Translations under genes and position numbers: made by a program
Source of the DNA: Candidatus Latescibacterota bacterium
Lineage (GTDB): Bacteria > Latescibacterota > UBA2968 > GCA-2709665
Assembly: GCA_965219995.1 (NCBI GenBank)
Contig: CBDCOX010000002.1
Coordinates: 5,184,001-5,248,000, forward strand
Reading direction: 5' to 3'
Length of the DNA stretch: 64,000 bases
Notes under the pieces: generated by a model
Seen by the model: the letters and a program-made list of their open reading frames with translations, nothing else
The model's database searches: none
Told to the model about the DNA's origin: nothing
Shown: positions 10,113-19,396 of the stretch, in pieces
Position numbering within the stretch: position 1 is the first letter of the stretch
Layout of the letters: each line of letters starts with the position of its first letter

Positions 10113-11294
10113 TTACGCCGTGCCGCCGCCGGCCCTGGCGGGCCCGCGGCCCCCGGGGAAGCTGTCGCTCGCCCCGGGGGCGGGGGGATGGTCGGCACCC
10201 GCACGGGAGCCATTGGCGGCCGCCAACGCTTCCGCGACCGCCGGGTGCCGTATACGACCGGCGTGAACGTTCAAGCCCTGGGCGAGGCACGGATCATCGA
10301 CCAGCGCGGTGCGCCAGCCCTTGTCGGCCAACGTCTGGACGAAGGGGAGAGCGACGTTGTTGAAGGCCAACGTCGACGTCCGCGCCACCGCCCCGGGCAT
10401 GTTGGTAACGCAATAGTGCACCACCCCTTCCGCGACATAGGTCGGGGCGTCATGCGTGGTCGGGCGACTCGTCTCGGCACAGCCGCCCTGGTCGATGCAG
10501 ACATCGACCAGCACGGTGCCGTCGCGCATCGACCGTACCAGTTCCCGGGAGAGGAGCTTCGGCGCGGCTGCGCCCGGCACCAGCGCCGCTCCCACGACGA
10601 GGTCGGCGCCACGGACGGCATACTCGATGAGATCGGGACGCGCGCAGAGCACGCGCGCCCGGTTCCCGAAACACTTGCGCCGACGCATCAGGCGCGCCGG
10701 GTCCTTCTCGATGATCGTGACATCGGCGCCGAGGCCCAGCGCCATCCGCGCCGCATTCACCCCCGCCACGCCTCCGCCGAGGATCACCACGCTCGCGGGC
10801 ATCACGCCCGTCGCGCCCGAAAGCAGTACGCCGCGTCCGCCGCTCGCGCACTGCAGCGCGGTCGCGCCGACCTGGATCGACATCCGACCGGCGATCTCGC
10901 TCATGGGAGCGAGCAGCGGCAGGGTGCCGTTCCCGGCCGTCACCGTCTCGCAGGCGATCGCCGTGACCCGGGCGTCCAAGAGGTGCGCCCCGAGTTCCGG
11001 ACACGCCGCCAGGTGCAGGTAGCAGAAGAGGACCTGACCCGACCGCAGCCGCCGCCACTCCTCCGGCTGGGGCTCCTTGACCTTGACGATGAGTTCGGAG
11101 TCGAAGACGACCTCGGCGCTCGCCACCCGCGCCCCCGCGAGGAGGTACTGCTCGTCCGAGAAGCCGACGCCACCGCCGGCGCCCGCCTGCACGGTCACCT
11201 CGTGACCCGCTCCGGTGAGCACGGAGACCGCGGACGGCGCCAGGCCGACCCGGTGTTCCTGGCTCTTGACTTCCCTGGGGATACCGATCCGCAT
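10113..11294 (-). CDS. ald: Alanine dehydrogenase
   Basis: MRIGIPREVKSQEHRVGL, VKVKEP, YLHLA, LPLLAPMSEIAGRMS, DQGGCAETSRPTTH, YCVTNMPGAV. Confidence 0.95.
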   Translation of the reverse strand: MRIGIPREVKSQEHRVGLAPSAVSVLTGAGHEVTVQAGAGGGVGFSDEQYLLAGARVASAEVVFDSELIVKVKEPQPEEWRRLRSGQVLFCYLHLAACPELGAHLLDARVTAIACETVTAGNGTLPLLAPMSEIAGRMSIQVGATALQCASGGRGVLLSGATGVMPASVVILGGGVAGVNAARMALGLGADVTIIEKDPARLMRRRKCFGNRARVLCARPDLIEYAVRGADLVVGAALVPGAAAPKLLSRELVRSMRDGTVLVDVCIDQGGCAETSRPTTHDAPTYVAEGVVHYCVTNMPGAVARTSTLAFNNVALPFVQTLADKGWRTALVDDPCLAQGLNVHAGRIRHPAVAEALAAANGSRAGADHPPAPGASDSFPGGRGPARAGGGTA

Positions 11295-11514
11295 GTCTCG
11301 CACTGTAGAGCACGCGGCGCGGCAGGTGCTTGCGTTGTTGCGCGTCTCCAGCGGGCGACTCGCAAGATTCGACGACGCAGGCCACTTGCGGCGACCGATT
11401 CTGCTCCGTGGCTCGCCCATGTGAATCGGAACGAGTCCCCAGCCACCAGCACCGCTTGCTTTCTTGATCCAGCCACCACACGATTCGCAACAATCTTCTT
11501 CTGACTACCTGAAC

Positions 11515-11997
11515 GTGAAGAATTTTGCCGATCTGGACCGATCCGACCGAAAGATCCTGCACGAGCTTCAGAACGACGGGCGGCTCACCAACACAGCGTT
11601 GGCGGCACGCGTGAATCTCTCCGAGTCCGCCTGCCTGCGCCGAACGCGCAACCTCGAAGCGAGCGGGTTCATCCGCGGCTACGTCGGCCTGGTCGACCAG
11701 GCCCGGGCCGGATACCCGGACAACGTGTTGGTGCAGATCACGCTCCACTCCCAGCAGCGCGACGACCTGCTTGCCTTCGAGGAGGCCGTGCGCCACGTCC
11801 CCGAGGTGATGGAGTGCTACCTGATGTCCGGCGAGGCCGACTACCTCCTGCGCGTGATCGTGCGCGACGCGCCTGACTACGAGCGCGTGTACAGCCGCCA
11901 CCTGACGGGGCTGCCGGGCGTGAGCCGGGTACACTCGAGCTTCACGCTCCGCACCGTCATCAAGAAAACGGAGCTGCCCGTACGCTCGGCGGGCTGA
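11515..11997 (+). CDS. Lrp/AsnC family regulator (AldR-like), divergent from ald
   Basis: LDRSDRKILHELQNDGRLTNTALAARVNLSESACLRR, VMECYLMSGEADYLL. Confidence 0.93.
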   Translation: MKNFADLDRSDRKILHELQNDGRLTNTALAARVNLSESACLRRTRNLEASGFIRGYVGLVDQARAGYPDNVLVQITLHSQQRDDLLAFEEAVRHVPEVMECYLMSGEADYLLRVIVRDAPDYERVYSRHLTGLPGVSRVHSSFTLRTVIKKTELPVRSAG

Positions 11998-12000
11998 CAC

Positions 12001-12267
12001 TAGTGTCGTGTCACGCGTGTTCTGTCGCTTCAGAGTTCGCCCTGCGCGTCAATGCAAGGCGTGGTCCGCAGGGAATATCGAGCATATTGGCAAGGACCAC
12101 AACGCGGCAGTGGCGTGCAGGGCGACCTCCCGAAGGGCGCGCCCCACGGGGCCTGTGGCGGTGTTGCGCCCCTTGGCAATATGCCCGATATTCCCTGCGG
12201 GGAACGCGCCTTGCCACAGACCCCGTGGGACGCGCTGAAGCGGCAGAACACGCGTGACACGACACTA
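12001..12267. mobile_element. MITE-like non-autonomous fold-back element with terminal inverted repeats and flanking TA
   Basis: Left end TAGTGTCGTGTCACGCGTGTTCTGTCGCTTCAG matches the reverse complement of the right end at 32/33 positions (counting the TA); a second internal inverted pair lies at ~12054-12095 and ~12171-12214. No credible ORF. Confidence 0.75.
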
Positions 12268-12293
12268 CCCCGCCACCGACAGGAGCCACCGAC

Positions 12294-13028
12294 ATGCAGA
12301 TCCAGGTCGACGACGCCACGCTCAACGTGGAGGCGGACGGTCCCGAGGACGCCCCCGCCCTGCTCCTCTGGCACGGAGCGAACTGCACCCTGCGCTCCTG
12401 GGACCTGGTCGTGGCGCGGCTCGCGGACCGCTACCGCATCGTCCGCTTCGACGTCCGCGGGCACGGGGAAAGCGCGCCCGCGCGGGATCCCGTCACCGAC
12501 TACACCTTCGCGCGGTACGCCGACGACGCCGACGGTCTCCTGGACCACTTCGGCGTGCAGCGGTGCCACGTGTGGGGCTTCGCCTGGGGAGCGCGCGCCG
12601 CCCTGGCATACGGCGCGCTCCGTCCGGCACGGGTGCTGACCGCGGCGCTCTACGACGCGAGCATCGTCAGGCCCGACGTGAAGGCCCAGCGGGAGGGGAC
12701 TCGGGAAGCCGTACGCCGCCAGCGGGCGGCGGGCATCCGCTTCCAGCCGCCGGAAGGCTGGGACGCGCACGCGGATCCGGAAGCCGCCCGGGCGAGTCTC
12801 GGCGCGATGAACGGCTTCGACCTCCCGGCCGCGGTCGACCGACTCGCGATGCCCGTGCTCGTCGCCACCGGCGACCTCGATCCCAACCTCGCGTCCAGCC
12901 GGGACCTGGTCGCGCGCGCGGCCGATGCGCGGCTCGTCGTCCTGGCCGACGTCGGGCACGGTTCCGTGCTCCAGCGCCCCGACCTCACGGTCGAGACGTG
13001 GCTCGAGTTCCAGGGGTCGGTCGCGTAA
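12294..13028 (+). CDS. Alpha/beta hydrolase (enol-lactonase-like)
   Basis: LLWHGAN, RFDVRGHGES, WGFAWGA (Ala at the usual nucleophile position of GxSxG), GH near the C-terminus. Confidence 0.85.
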   Translation: MQIQVDDATLNVEADGPEDAPALLLWHGANCTLRSWDLVVARLADRYRIVRFDVRGHGESAPARDPVTDYTFARYADDADGLLDHFGVQRCHVWGFAWGARAALAYGALRPARVLTAALYDASIVRPDVKAQREGTREAVRRQRAAGIRFQPPEGWDAHADPEAARASLGAMNGFDLPAAVDRLAMPVLVATGDLDPNLASSRDLVARAADARLVVLADVGHGSVLQRPDLTVETWLEFQGSVA

Positions 13029-13058
13029 CGCTCCGGCCCGGGCGACTGCCGGGCCGAA

Positions 13059-13871
13059 TCAGACCAGGTCGGCGGGCTCCAGGCCGAACTCTTCGATCAC
13101 CTCGTCCGCATAGGCGATGCGGCCGGTGATGCTCGACGCGTCGCCATGGCACAGCCGCAGGCACGCTTCCGCCATGTGCTCGACCGGAGTCACGCGGTCC
13201 TTGTTCGTCTCGTTGATGAGCTTGTGATGGACGACGCCGGGCGTGGCCACGAGTCCGGGGGAGATGACGTTGACGCCGACACCCTTGCCGTACAGTTCCT
13301 GGGCCAACCCCGTCGTGAAGCGTTCGAGCGCCGCCTTGCACATGCCGTAGACGGTCCCGCCGTGGCCGCCGGCCGCATTCGCCTCCGGATGGATGGCGGC
13401 GTGCGACGAGATGTTGAGAACCCAGCCCGAGCCGCGTTCGACCATGCCGGGCAGCACCATCTGCGTGAGTTCGAAGGGCGCGTAGACCTGCACGTCCATC
13501 ATGGTGCGGTAACGCTTCTCCGAGAAGTCGATCACCGGCAGGAACCAGGTTACCGCGGCGTTGTTGACGAGGATGTCCACCGGGCCGAACGTGCTCTCGG
13601 TCTCGCTGATGAGCCTCTGACGCTCCTCCGGGTCGGCCAGGTTGGAGCGTATCGCCGCGACCGTGCCTCCCGCCGCCTCGATGTCGGCCACGCACTGCTT
13701 GATCGTGCCCGGGAGGAAATGGTCCGACGCCTCGACGGTGCGCGCCGACACCACGACCTTCGCGCCTTCCATCGCGAAGCGCTTCGCGATCGCCTCGCCG
13801 ATACCCCGGCTCGCGCCCGTGACGACGGCGACCTGCCCCTTGAGCACACCGTTCGCGTTGACTTCGGCCAT
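13059..13871 (-). CDS. Short-chain dehydrogenase/reductase
   Basis: TGASRGIG, DILVNNA, NISS, YGMCK (YxxxK). Confidence 0.93.
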   Translation of the reverse strand: MAEVNANGVLKGQVAVVTGASRGIGEAIAKRFAMEGAKVVVSARTVEASDHFLPGTIKQCVADIEAAGGTVAAIRSNLADPEERQRLISETESTFGPVDILVNNAAVTWFLPVIDFSEKRYRTMMDVQVYAPFELTQMVLPGMVERGSGWVLNISSHAAIHPEANAAGGHGGTVYGMCKAALERFTTGLAQELYGKGVGVNVISPGLVATPGVVHHKLINETNKDRVTPVEHMAEACLRLCHGDASSITGRIAYADEVIEEFGLEPADLV

Positions 13872-13913
13872 GAACCATCCCCCTCAGAAACTCGCGCGGC
13901 GAAGAGCCGCCGA

Positions 13914-14912
13914 TCATACCCCAACCGCCGCGGGCAGATGGCGCCGCGCGACGCGCCGGCCGATGCCGGTGAGCACCTCGTAGGCAATGGTGTCCGACCA
14001 CGCGGCGACCTCGTCGACGCCCACCGTCGGGCCGAAGAACTCGACCCAGTCACCCCTTTCGACGGCGATGCCGGTGGCGTCGACCTGGGTCAGGTCCATC
14101 GACACCCGACCCAGGATAGGCAGCCGGACGCCGCGGACGGCGACCTCGCCCCGATTCGACAGCAGCCGCGGGACGCCGTCGGCGTAGCCCGCGCCGACGA
14201 CCGCCACCGTCGTGTCCCGCGCGAGGACGCGCGACGCCCCGTAGCCCACGCTCTCTCCGGCCCGCACCTCACGCACCTGCAGGACCTGGCCCTCCAGCGT
14301 CGCGACGCACCGCATCGGATTGTCCCGGTCGCTGTAGGGATTGCCGCCGTACAGGCCTATACCGGGCCGGCCGATCCCCCGCACGCCGTTCAGGACGCCG
14401 GCCGAGTTCGCGATACTGACCGGGACCCCGGGGAAACGGGCCGCGACGGTCTCGAAACGCTCGAGCTGCACGGCGTTCATCGGATGATCCGGCGTGTCGG
14501 CACAGGCCAGGTGCGTCAGCAGCAGGACCACCTCCGGGTGGTCCGGCACGTCTTGCGGTGCGAAACCGAGGCGCTGCATGCCCGTGTCCACGTGGAACGC
14601 CACCGGCCCCGCGCGAAGCTGCGACGGCTGGTTGACGACGGGAACGAGGCCGTCCGCGGAGGCCTCTCCCGAGAAGACAAAGATGTCGCAATCCCCGGCG
14701 AGCGTCTCCCGCAGGGCGAGTCCCTCCGCCTCGGTCGCGACGAAGAACCGGGTGCAGTCCTCCGCCGCCAGCCGCGCGGCCACCGCTTCCATCCCGAGCC
14801 CGTAGGCATCGGCCTTGACGACCGCCGCCACCCCGTCCGGCGCGCGCGCCCGGAACGCGCGGTAGTTGGCCGCGAGCGCATCGAGGTCGACGGTCAGGCG
14901 CGCCAGCGTCAC
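13914..14912 (-). CDS. alr: Alanine racemase
   Basis: AVVKADAYGLG, DTGMQRLG, THLACAD, RPGIGLYG, VGYGA, GYADG, GRVSMD, TIAYEVLT. Confidence 0.95.
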   Translation of the reverse strand: MTLARLTVDLDALAANYRAFRARAPDGVAAVVKADAYGLGMEAVAARLAAEDCTRFFVATEAEGLALRETLAGDCDIFVFSGEASADGLVPVVNQPSQLRAGPVAFHVDTGMQRLGFAPQDVPDHPEVVLLLTHLACADTPDHPMNAVQLERFETVAARFPGVPVSIANSAGVLNGVRGIGRPGIGLYGGNPYSDRDNPMRCVATLEGQVLQVREVRAGESVGYGASRVLARDTTVAVVGAGYADGVPRLLSNRGEVAVRGVRLPILGRVSMDLTQVDATGIAVERGDWVEFFGPTVGVDEVAAWSDTIAYEVLTGIGRRVARRHLPAAVGV

Positions 14913-15066
14913 GCCCTACTTCCCCGCGGGCGCGGAGCGCAACCGTGGAGCAGGCGCGGCCGGCCTGCAAACGCGCCGTCCGGAAATCCGTGACATCCGC
15001 TCCGCCCATCGCGCGGAGCGCCTGACCGACGCCTTGCGCCCACTGCCCTCTCCCGGTACGCCGACG

Positions 15067-17073
15067 CTACAACCCGAGCAGGCCGAGCAGTTCCTCTCGG
15101 GACAGCGTCGCCGAGAGATCGATGGTGACATCGTCGATGAGTTGGTCGAACAGAGCCTGTTTCTTCGCCAGCAACCGGTCGATTCGTTCCTCGATGGTGT
15201 CGACGCACATGTACTTGACCACGTGTACCTTGACCGTCTGACCGATGCGATGCACGCGATCCTCGGCCTGCTTCTCGACCGCCGGATTCCACCATCGGTC
15301 GAGATGAAACACGTACGACGCTTCCTGCAGATTCAGGCCGACGCCACCCACGCCGAGCGATACGATCAGCGCCCGATGACCGGGGCGGGTTCTGAACGCA
15401 TCCACCAACGCCGGCCGGTCGGGGGCCGGCGTATCCCCTGTCAGGACTACCGGGTCGAACTCGGCGAGGCGCCTGGACGCCAGCCCCACGCCAGCCGTCG
15501 CGCTGACGTACTGCGAGAACACCACCGCCTTGTGGCCTCGTCCCGACAGTGCAGCGAGCCGTTCCGCGATGTCGTCCAGCTTGCTGGAGTCGCCGGTTCT
15601 CGGATCGGCATTGCAGATCTGCTTGAGCCGGGTGATCAGCTCGAGGACATGCACGATGGTCACATCCCCGCCAAGGGCCTTGAGGTAGACGATCCCGTCC
15701 CGTTCGGCGCGGTCGTAGCTGGCCCGCTGCCCGGAGGACAACTCGATGTCCCGACGGGTCACGAGCTTGTCCGGCAGGTCCTCCAGGACATCGGACTTGC
15801 GGCGGCGCAGTTGCAACTCACGGTGCCGGGCGAAAAGCGCTGGACCCGGCGCGTAGCGCTTGAGTGGCACACTGCCGTCGTGATCGACGAACTCCATCAC
15901 CGAGGCCAACTCGTCCTCGCGGTTTTCCACGGGTGTGCCGGTCAACGCCCAAGAGCGCACTCGGCCCAAACGCTTCACGGCTTCGCTGGTTTCGACGCCG
16001 CGGTTCTTGATCCGCTGAGCCTCGTCCGCCACCACCGTGTCCCAGGCCCGGCGCACCTCCTGGCGCCAAGCATCCGCGCGCAACACACCGTAGCTCGTGA
16101 GCGTGACGTCCGGTGCGGCCCGCCACTTCCACGCGCGCTCCGCCGCGGAACCGCGCACGACGATGGCCGTGAGTTCCGGCGCCCATCTCGCGATCTCGCG
16201 CCGCCATTGGTCGAGGATGCTGGTGGGCGCGACGACCAGGACCCGGCCCAAGCCGCCCCGCGACCGCCGTATGCGCAAGGCCGCGATGACCTGGATGGTC
16301 TTGCCGAGCCCCATGTCGTCCGCGAGCAACAGCCCCGGCATGTCGAGCAACGCGCGCACGCCCTCTTGCTGGAACGGCATCAGCGGGGCCGGCCAGGACA
16401 GCGGGCCCGACCCGTCGGCGGGAGAATCGCACAGGTCGGGGGGAGGACAGAGAATGTGGCGCAGCCGCCCGGGCAGATCGGGTGTTCCCGAGTCCGGAGG
16501 GGAGGTCTCCGTCAGCGGCAGCGTAACGGTCACGGCGAAACCCGGGATCGTGGTCACCCCACGCACCCGGCCATCCCCGAACGCCGCATCCGCCGCCACC
16601 GATACACGGCTCAACGGCTCGAGTCCGCGGGCGTCGGCCGACAGGCGCCGCATGGTCCGTTCGGCGACCGCAGTGGGTTCCCGCGCCCACGACGGCATCT
16701 GCGGCGCGCTTCCCGCCGCGTGCTCGGGAATCCGGTACACGGGCACCTGCACTGCGGCGGCAGTGGATCCGTCGAGTTCCTCCGCCGCTGCCACGATCAG
16801 CACTGGCCGTTCCGGTCCGCCGTCGAGCAGCGCGTCGATGGCCGCGCGCAACGGGTACGAGGCCCCCACCGGCGCGTCGGTTCGGGCGGCTTCAAAGCTG
16901 GCGAACCGGAAACGGATCGGCGTGCCGTCGACGCCTGACTCGAACAGCGCCACACGCGATCCGGAGCCGTCCGGCGCCCGGGACACCCGCAACCACGCTA
17001 CCGACCCGGTATCCGGCCGCTGCGGCGCAACGACCCCACGGTCCGCAACCGCAATTCCCCCTTCCCGGTTCAC
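15067..17073 (-). CDS. SNF2-family (SF2) helicase/translocase
   Basis: LADDMGLGKT, DEAQ, TGTPVEN, LRRRK, FSQ, GLNLQEA, WWNPAVEKQAEDRVHRIGQ. Start placed at GTG 17073, which overlaps the upstream stop. Confidence 0.9.
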   Translation of the reverse strand: MNREGGIAVADRGVVAPQRPDTGSVAWLRVSRAPDGSGSRVALFESGVDGTPIRFRFASFEAARTDAPVGASYPLRAAIDALLDGGPERPVLIVAAAEELDGSTAAAVQVPVYRIPEHAAGSAPQMPSWAREPTAVAERTMRRLSADARGLEPLSRVSVAADAAFGDGRVRGVTTIPGFAVTVTLPLTETSPPDSGTPDLPGRLRHILCPPPDLCDSPADGSGPLSWPAPLMPFQQEGVRALLDMPGLLLADDMGLGKTIQVIAALRIRRSRGGLGRVLVVAPTSILDQWRREIARWAPELTAIVVRGSAAERAWKWRAAPDVTLTSYGVLRADAWRQEVRRAWDTVVADEAQRIKNRGVETSEAVKRLGRVRSWALTGTPVENREDELASVMEFVDHDGSVPLKRYAPGPALFARHRELQLRRRKSDVLEDLPDKLVTRRDIELSSGQRASYDRAERDGIVYLKALGGDVTIVHVLELITRLKQICNADPRTGDSSKLDDIAERLAALSGRGHKAVVFSQYVSATAGVGLASRRLAEFDPVVLTGDTPAPDRPALVDAFRTRPGHRALIVSLGVGGVGLNLQEASYVFHLDRWWNPAVEKQAEDRVHRIGQTVKVHVVKYMCVDTIEERIDRLLAKKQALFDQLIDDVTIDLSATLSREELLGLLGL

Positions 17074-18113
17074 GCCGGCCGTGGGGTCAGCACGAGGTCG
17101 GTGCCGAAACCCAATCCCCCGACCTCGGCCGCCGCGCGCATCTGCTTCTCTTTCGTCGCGTTGTTGCTGTTGGTCGCGAGCCACCAGCCACCGACGAGCT
17201 CCGTGGCGTGCTCCCGCAGGTCTGGCCTGTGAGGGTAAAGCGCCTCGGGGTTCCGAGCGATGTACCGACGCGTTCTGTCGCCACGCTCTCGACCAGCGAA
17301 GACCGGGTGCGCGGCGCATCGTTCCAGAAACGTCTCGTCACGCGCGTGCAGATCCCGCAAGACCACCACCAGCGCGTCCTTCATGTTCGCGAAGTCGTGC
17401 TCCCGACCCTCGACCGTGACCGTCCCCCGCCTGTGCGTCCGGCGTCGCGTCCCGGAACCTGACGCCGGGATCGAAGCGCGCGGACCGGGCGCCGCTTTCG
17501 CAAGGAAGCACCTGACGTCGCCAGCATCGGGCCTGACACCAGCCGAGTCCCACACTTCATCGCGGAGCAGTTCCACCAACTGGCCGTCCGCCCGCGACAC
17601 CAGCCGCTGCCAGGCCCGCGGAATGGCGCGCCGCATCACCGCTTCCTTGACCGAAGCGCCAGAGACGACGTGCCCGCTCGACAGAAAACGGTCCAGAACC
17701 TCCGCAGTGTCCTCGCTCGTCCGCAAGTCCAGCGCGAAAACCGGTTCCGCATCTTCTCCGTCTTCCGCGAAGAACAGCCGCCATGTCGGGCCATCGGTCA
17801 CAAGCAGCAAAGGAACGCCCGCGCGCCGCGCCCGCGGGAGAACCTCCGTAACGGCGTTCCCCTCGCGCCAGCGCCCTTCGAGCTCGACGACGCAGTGCGG
17901 GCGTGCCAACGGCGTGCCGCACAGCGCAAGATCAACGCGATGCCGCCCCAGGGCAAAGTCCGGCACCACGGCGGAGGTGTCGAACACGTCCCACCCCAGT
18001 TCCTGGAGTAGGGGCAGGACCATGCCGTTGAGCACCGCCTGGCGTCCCCTTGCGGGACTCGCGCCGAACCGCCCGACGGCTTCCGCGATGCGCCGCTGCA
18101 GCGAGGCGTTCAC
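17070..18113 (-). CDS. HsdR_N-like restriction-endonuclease-fold domain (altered catalytic motif) fused to a C-terminal SeqA-like DNA-binding domain
   Basis: N-terminus VLPLLQELGWDVFD...VVPD...RVDLAL...VELE...VTDGPTWRLF; C-terminus RTRRYIARNPEAL...GWWLATNSNNATK resembles SeqA GRTRVYFA...YWVITNTNTGRK. Confidence 0.65.
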   Translation of the reverse strand: MNASLQRRIAEAVGRFGASPARGRQAVLNGMVLPLLQELGWDVFDTSAVVPDFALGRHRVDLALCGTPLARPHCVVELEGRWREGNAVTEVLPRARRAGVPLLLVTDGPTWRLFFAEDGEDAEPVFALDLRTSEDTAEVLDRFLSSGHVVSGASVKEAVMRRAIPRAWQRLVSRADGQLVELLRDEVWDSAGVRPDAGDVRCFLAKAAPGPRASIPASGSGTRRRTHRRGTVTVEGREHDFANMKDALVVVLRDLHARDETFLERCAAHPVFAGRERGDRTRRYIARNPEALYPHRPDLREHATELVGGWWLATNSNNATKEKQMRAAAEVGGLGFGTDLVLTPRPA

Positions 18114-19396
18114 GCTTGCTCCGTCCCGCCCTCCGGGTCGCCTTCGAGGTCACGGTCCTCGCGGTAGTCGGGGGCGAACTGCTCCGTCTCGGTCTCCGGC
18201 ACGGCCTCGGGAACGAGTCGGCGAAGATCCCACGCGTTGATGGCGGCGCGGACCTTGTAACGCATCCGGCCCTGGAAGCCCGCGCCTCCGGCGTCCAGAT
18301 CGAGCGTCGGCGCCGCCCAGCCATGCGCCTTGCCGTAGATGCCCCGCAACCGCTCGACCGCCTGCGTCACGTCCACGTCCGTCGGCGCACGCAACGTTAC
18401 GCAGTCGTCGCGCAATGCCCGCATGCCCGCTTCGGCCAGATTCGCGAGGTGTGCGTGACGCAGGCTGCCGAGCAGTCGCGGACGTACGTTGTCGCAGTCC
18501 TGCTTGCCGTCCGCGCTGATGACGGCCGACGCGAAGTCCTCGGTCAGCGCACCCGCCACGGCGATGCCCCCCTGGGGGCCGTCGTCTTCTCCCAACCAAC
18601 GCGCCACTTCCGCGTAGGCACGCCCGCGTTGAAGGATCGAATAGGAGCCGATGAGTTCCAGCTCGTCCAGCAGGACGACCCATCCTCGATACCCGGCGCC
18701 CTTCACGAGTTCCAGCGCGAAACGGAGCCGCTGTCCCGGCAACTCCGCGGCGCGCGGCGCCCGGAAGCGGTGTCGCTGCAACTGTCCTATCTCCCGCAGC
18801 CCAGCGCGCACCCGGGATAGCAGGATACGGTCCCCGGCCCAGAAGGACTCGATCGCCCTCTTCAGGTCCGGGTCCCCGGAGTCCTGGTAGACGGTGAGCG
18901 TTGCCGGGAATATGCCGCTCAGCATCCCGCCGGCTGCCGCTTCCTCCGCCCATCGCAAGAGGGCGTACTCTCTTCCCGACGCCCGCAGAGCCTCCCCCAG
19001 TTCCTCGATCAGCCGGCCGCCCCGGTCCGGCATGAGGGCGCTCTCGATGGCTGCGGCGAACACCTTCCCCAGATCGTAAAGCGGGGTTTCCTTGCTCACG
19101 GCGACCTTGCTGCATACGAAGCCCTGCGCGAGCGCGAGTTCCTGAAAGTGCGCGAGCACGTGCGACTTTCCGGAACCGAAGTCGCCAGAGAGGAGCATGC
19201 CGCGGTGTCCGTCCGGAGCGGCGTCGAGGAGCGTCCGAAACCGCGCCTCCGCAGCCTCCTGATTGCAGCCGAGCAGGCGCACGGCAGCGCGGTTCGGCAC
19301 TCCGTTGCGCAGCGCCTCGAGGGCTTGCCGGCAGTCGCGTTGCGAGGCGTCGGCGGCCTCTCCGGGCCGGATGCCGGTGGCGTGCTGCCGGCTCAC
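18110..19396 (-). CDS. DUF2791/BrxD-like P-loop ATPase
   Basis: ALEALRNGVP, GDFGSGKSH (Walker A), GYRGWVVLLDELE (Walker B), RGRAY. Confidence 0.8.
   Translation of the reverse strand: MSRQHATGIRPGEAADASQRDCRQALEALRNGVPNRAAVRLLGCNQEAAEARFRTLLDAAPDGHRGMLLSGDFGSGKSHVLAHFQELALAQGFVCSKVAVSKETPLYDLGKVFAAAIESALMPDRGGRLIEELGEALRASGREYALLRWAEEAAAGGMLSGIFPATLTVYQDSGDPDLKRAIESFWAGDRILLSRVRAGLREIGQLQRHRFRAPRAAELPGQRLRFALELVKGAGYRGWVVLLDELELIGSYSILQRGRAYAEVARWLGEDDGPQGGIAVAGALTEDFASAVISADGKQDCDNVRPRLLGSLRHAHLANLAEAGMRALRDDCVTLRAPTDVDVTQAVERLRGIYGKAHGWAAPTLDLDAGGAGFQGRMRYKVRAAINAWDLRRLVPEAVPETETEQFAPDYREDRDLEGDPEGGTEQA

Noticed and set aside
12003-12257. Short ORFs on both strands in the Lrp-hydrolase gap
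   Set aside because: Mirror-image translations (MSCHACS../VSCHACS..) are a by-product of the inverted repeat.
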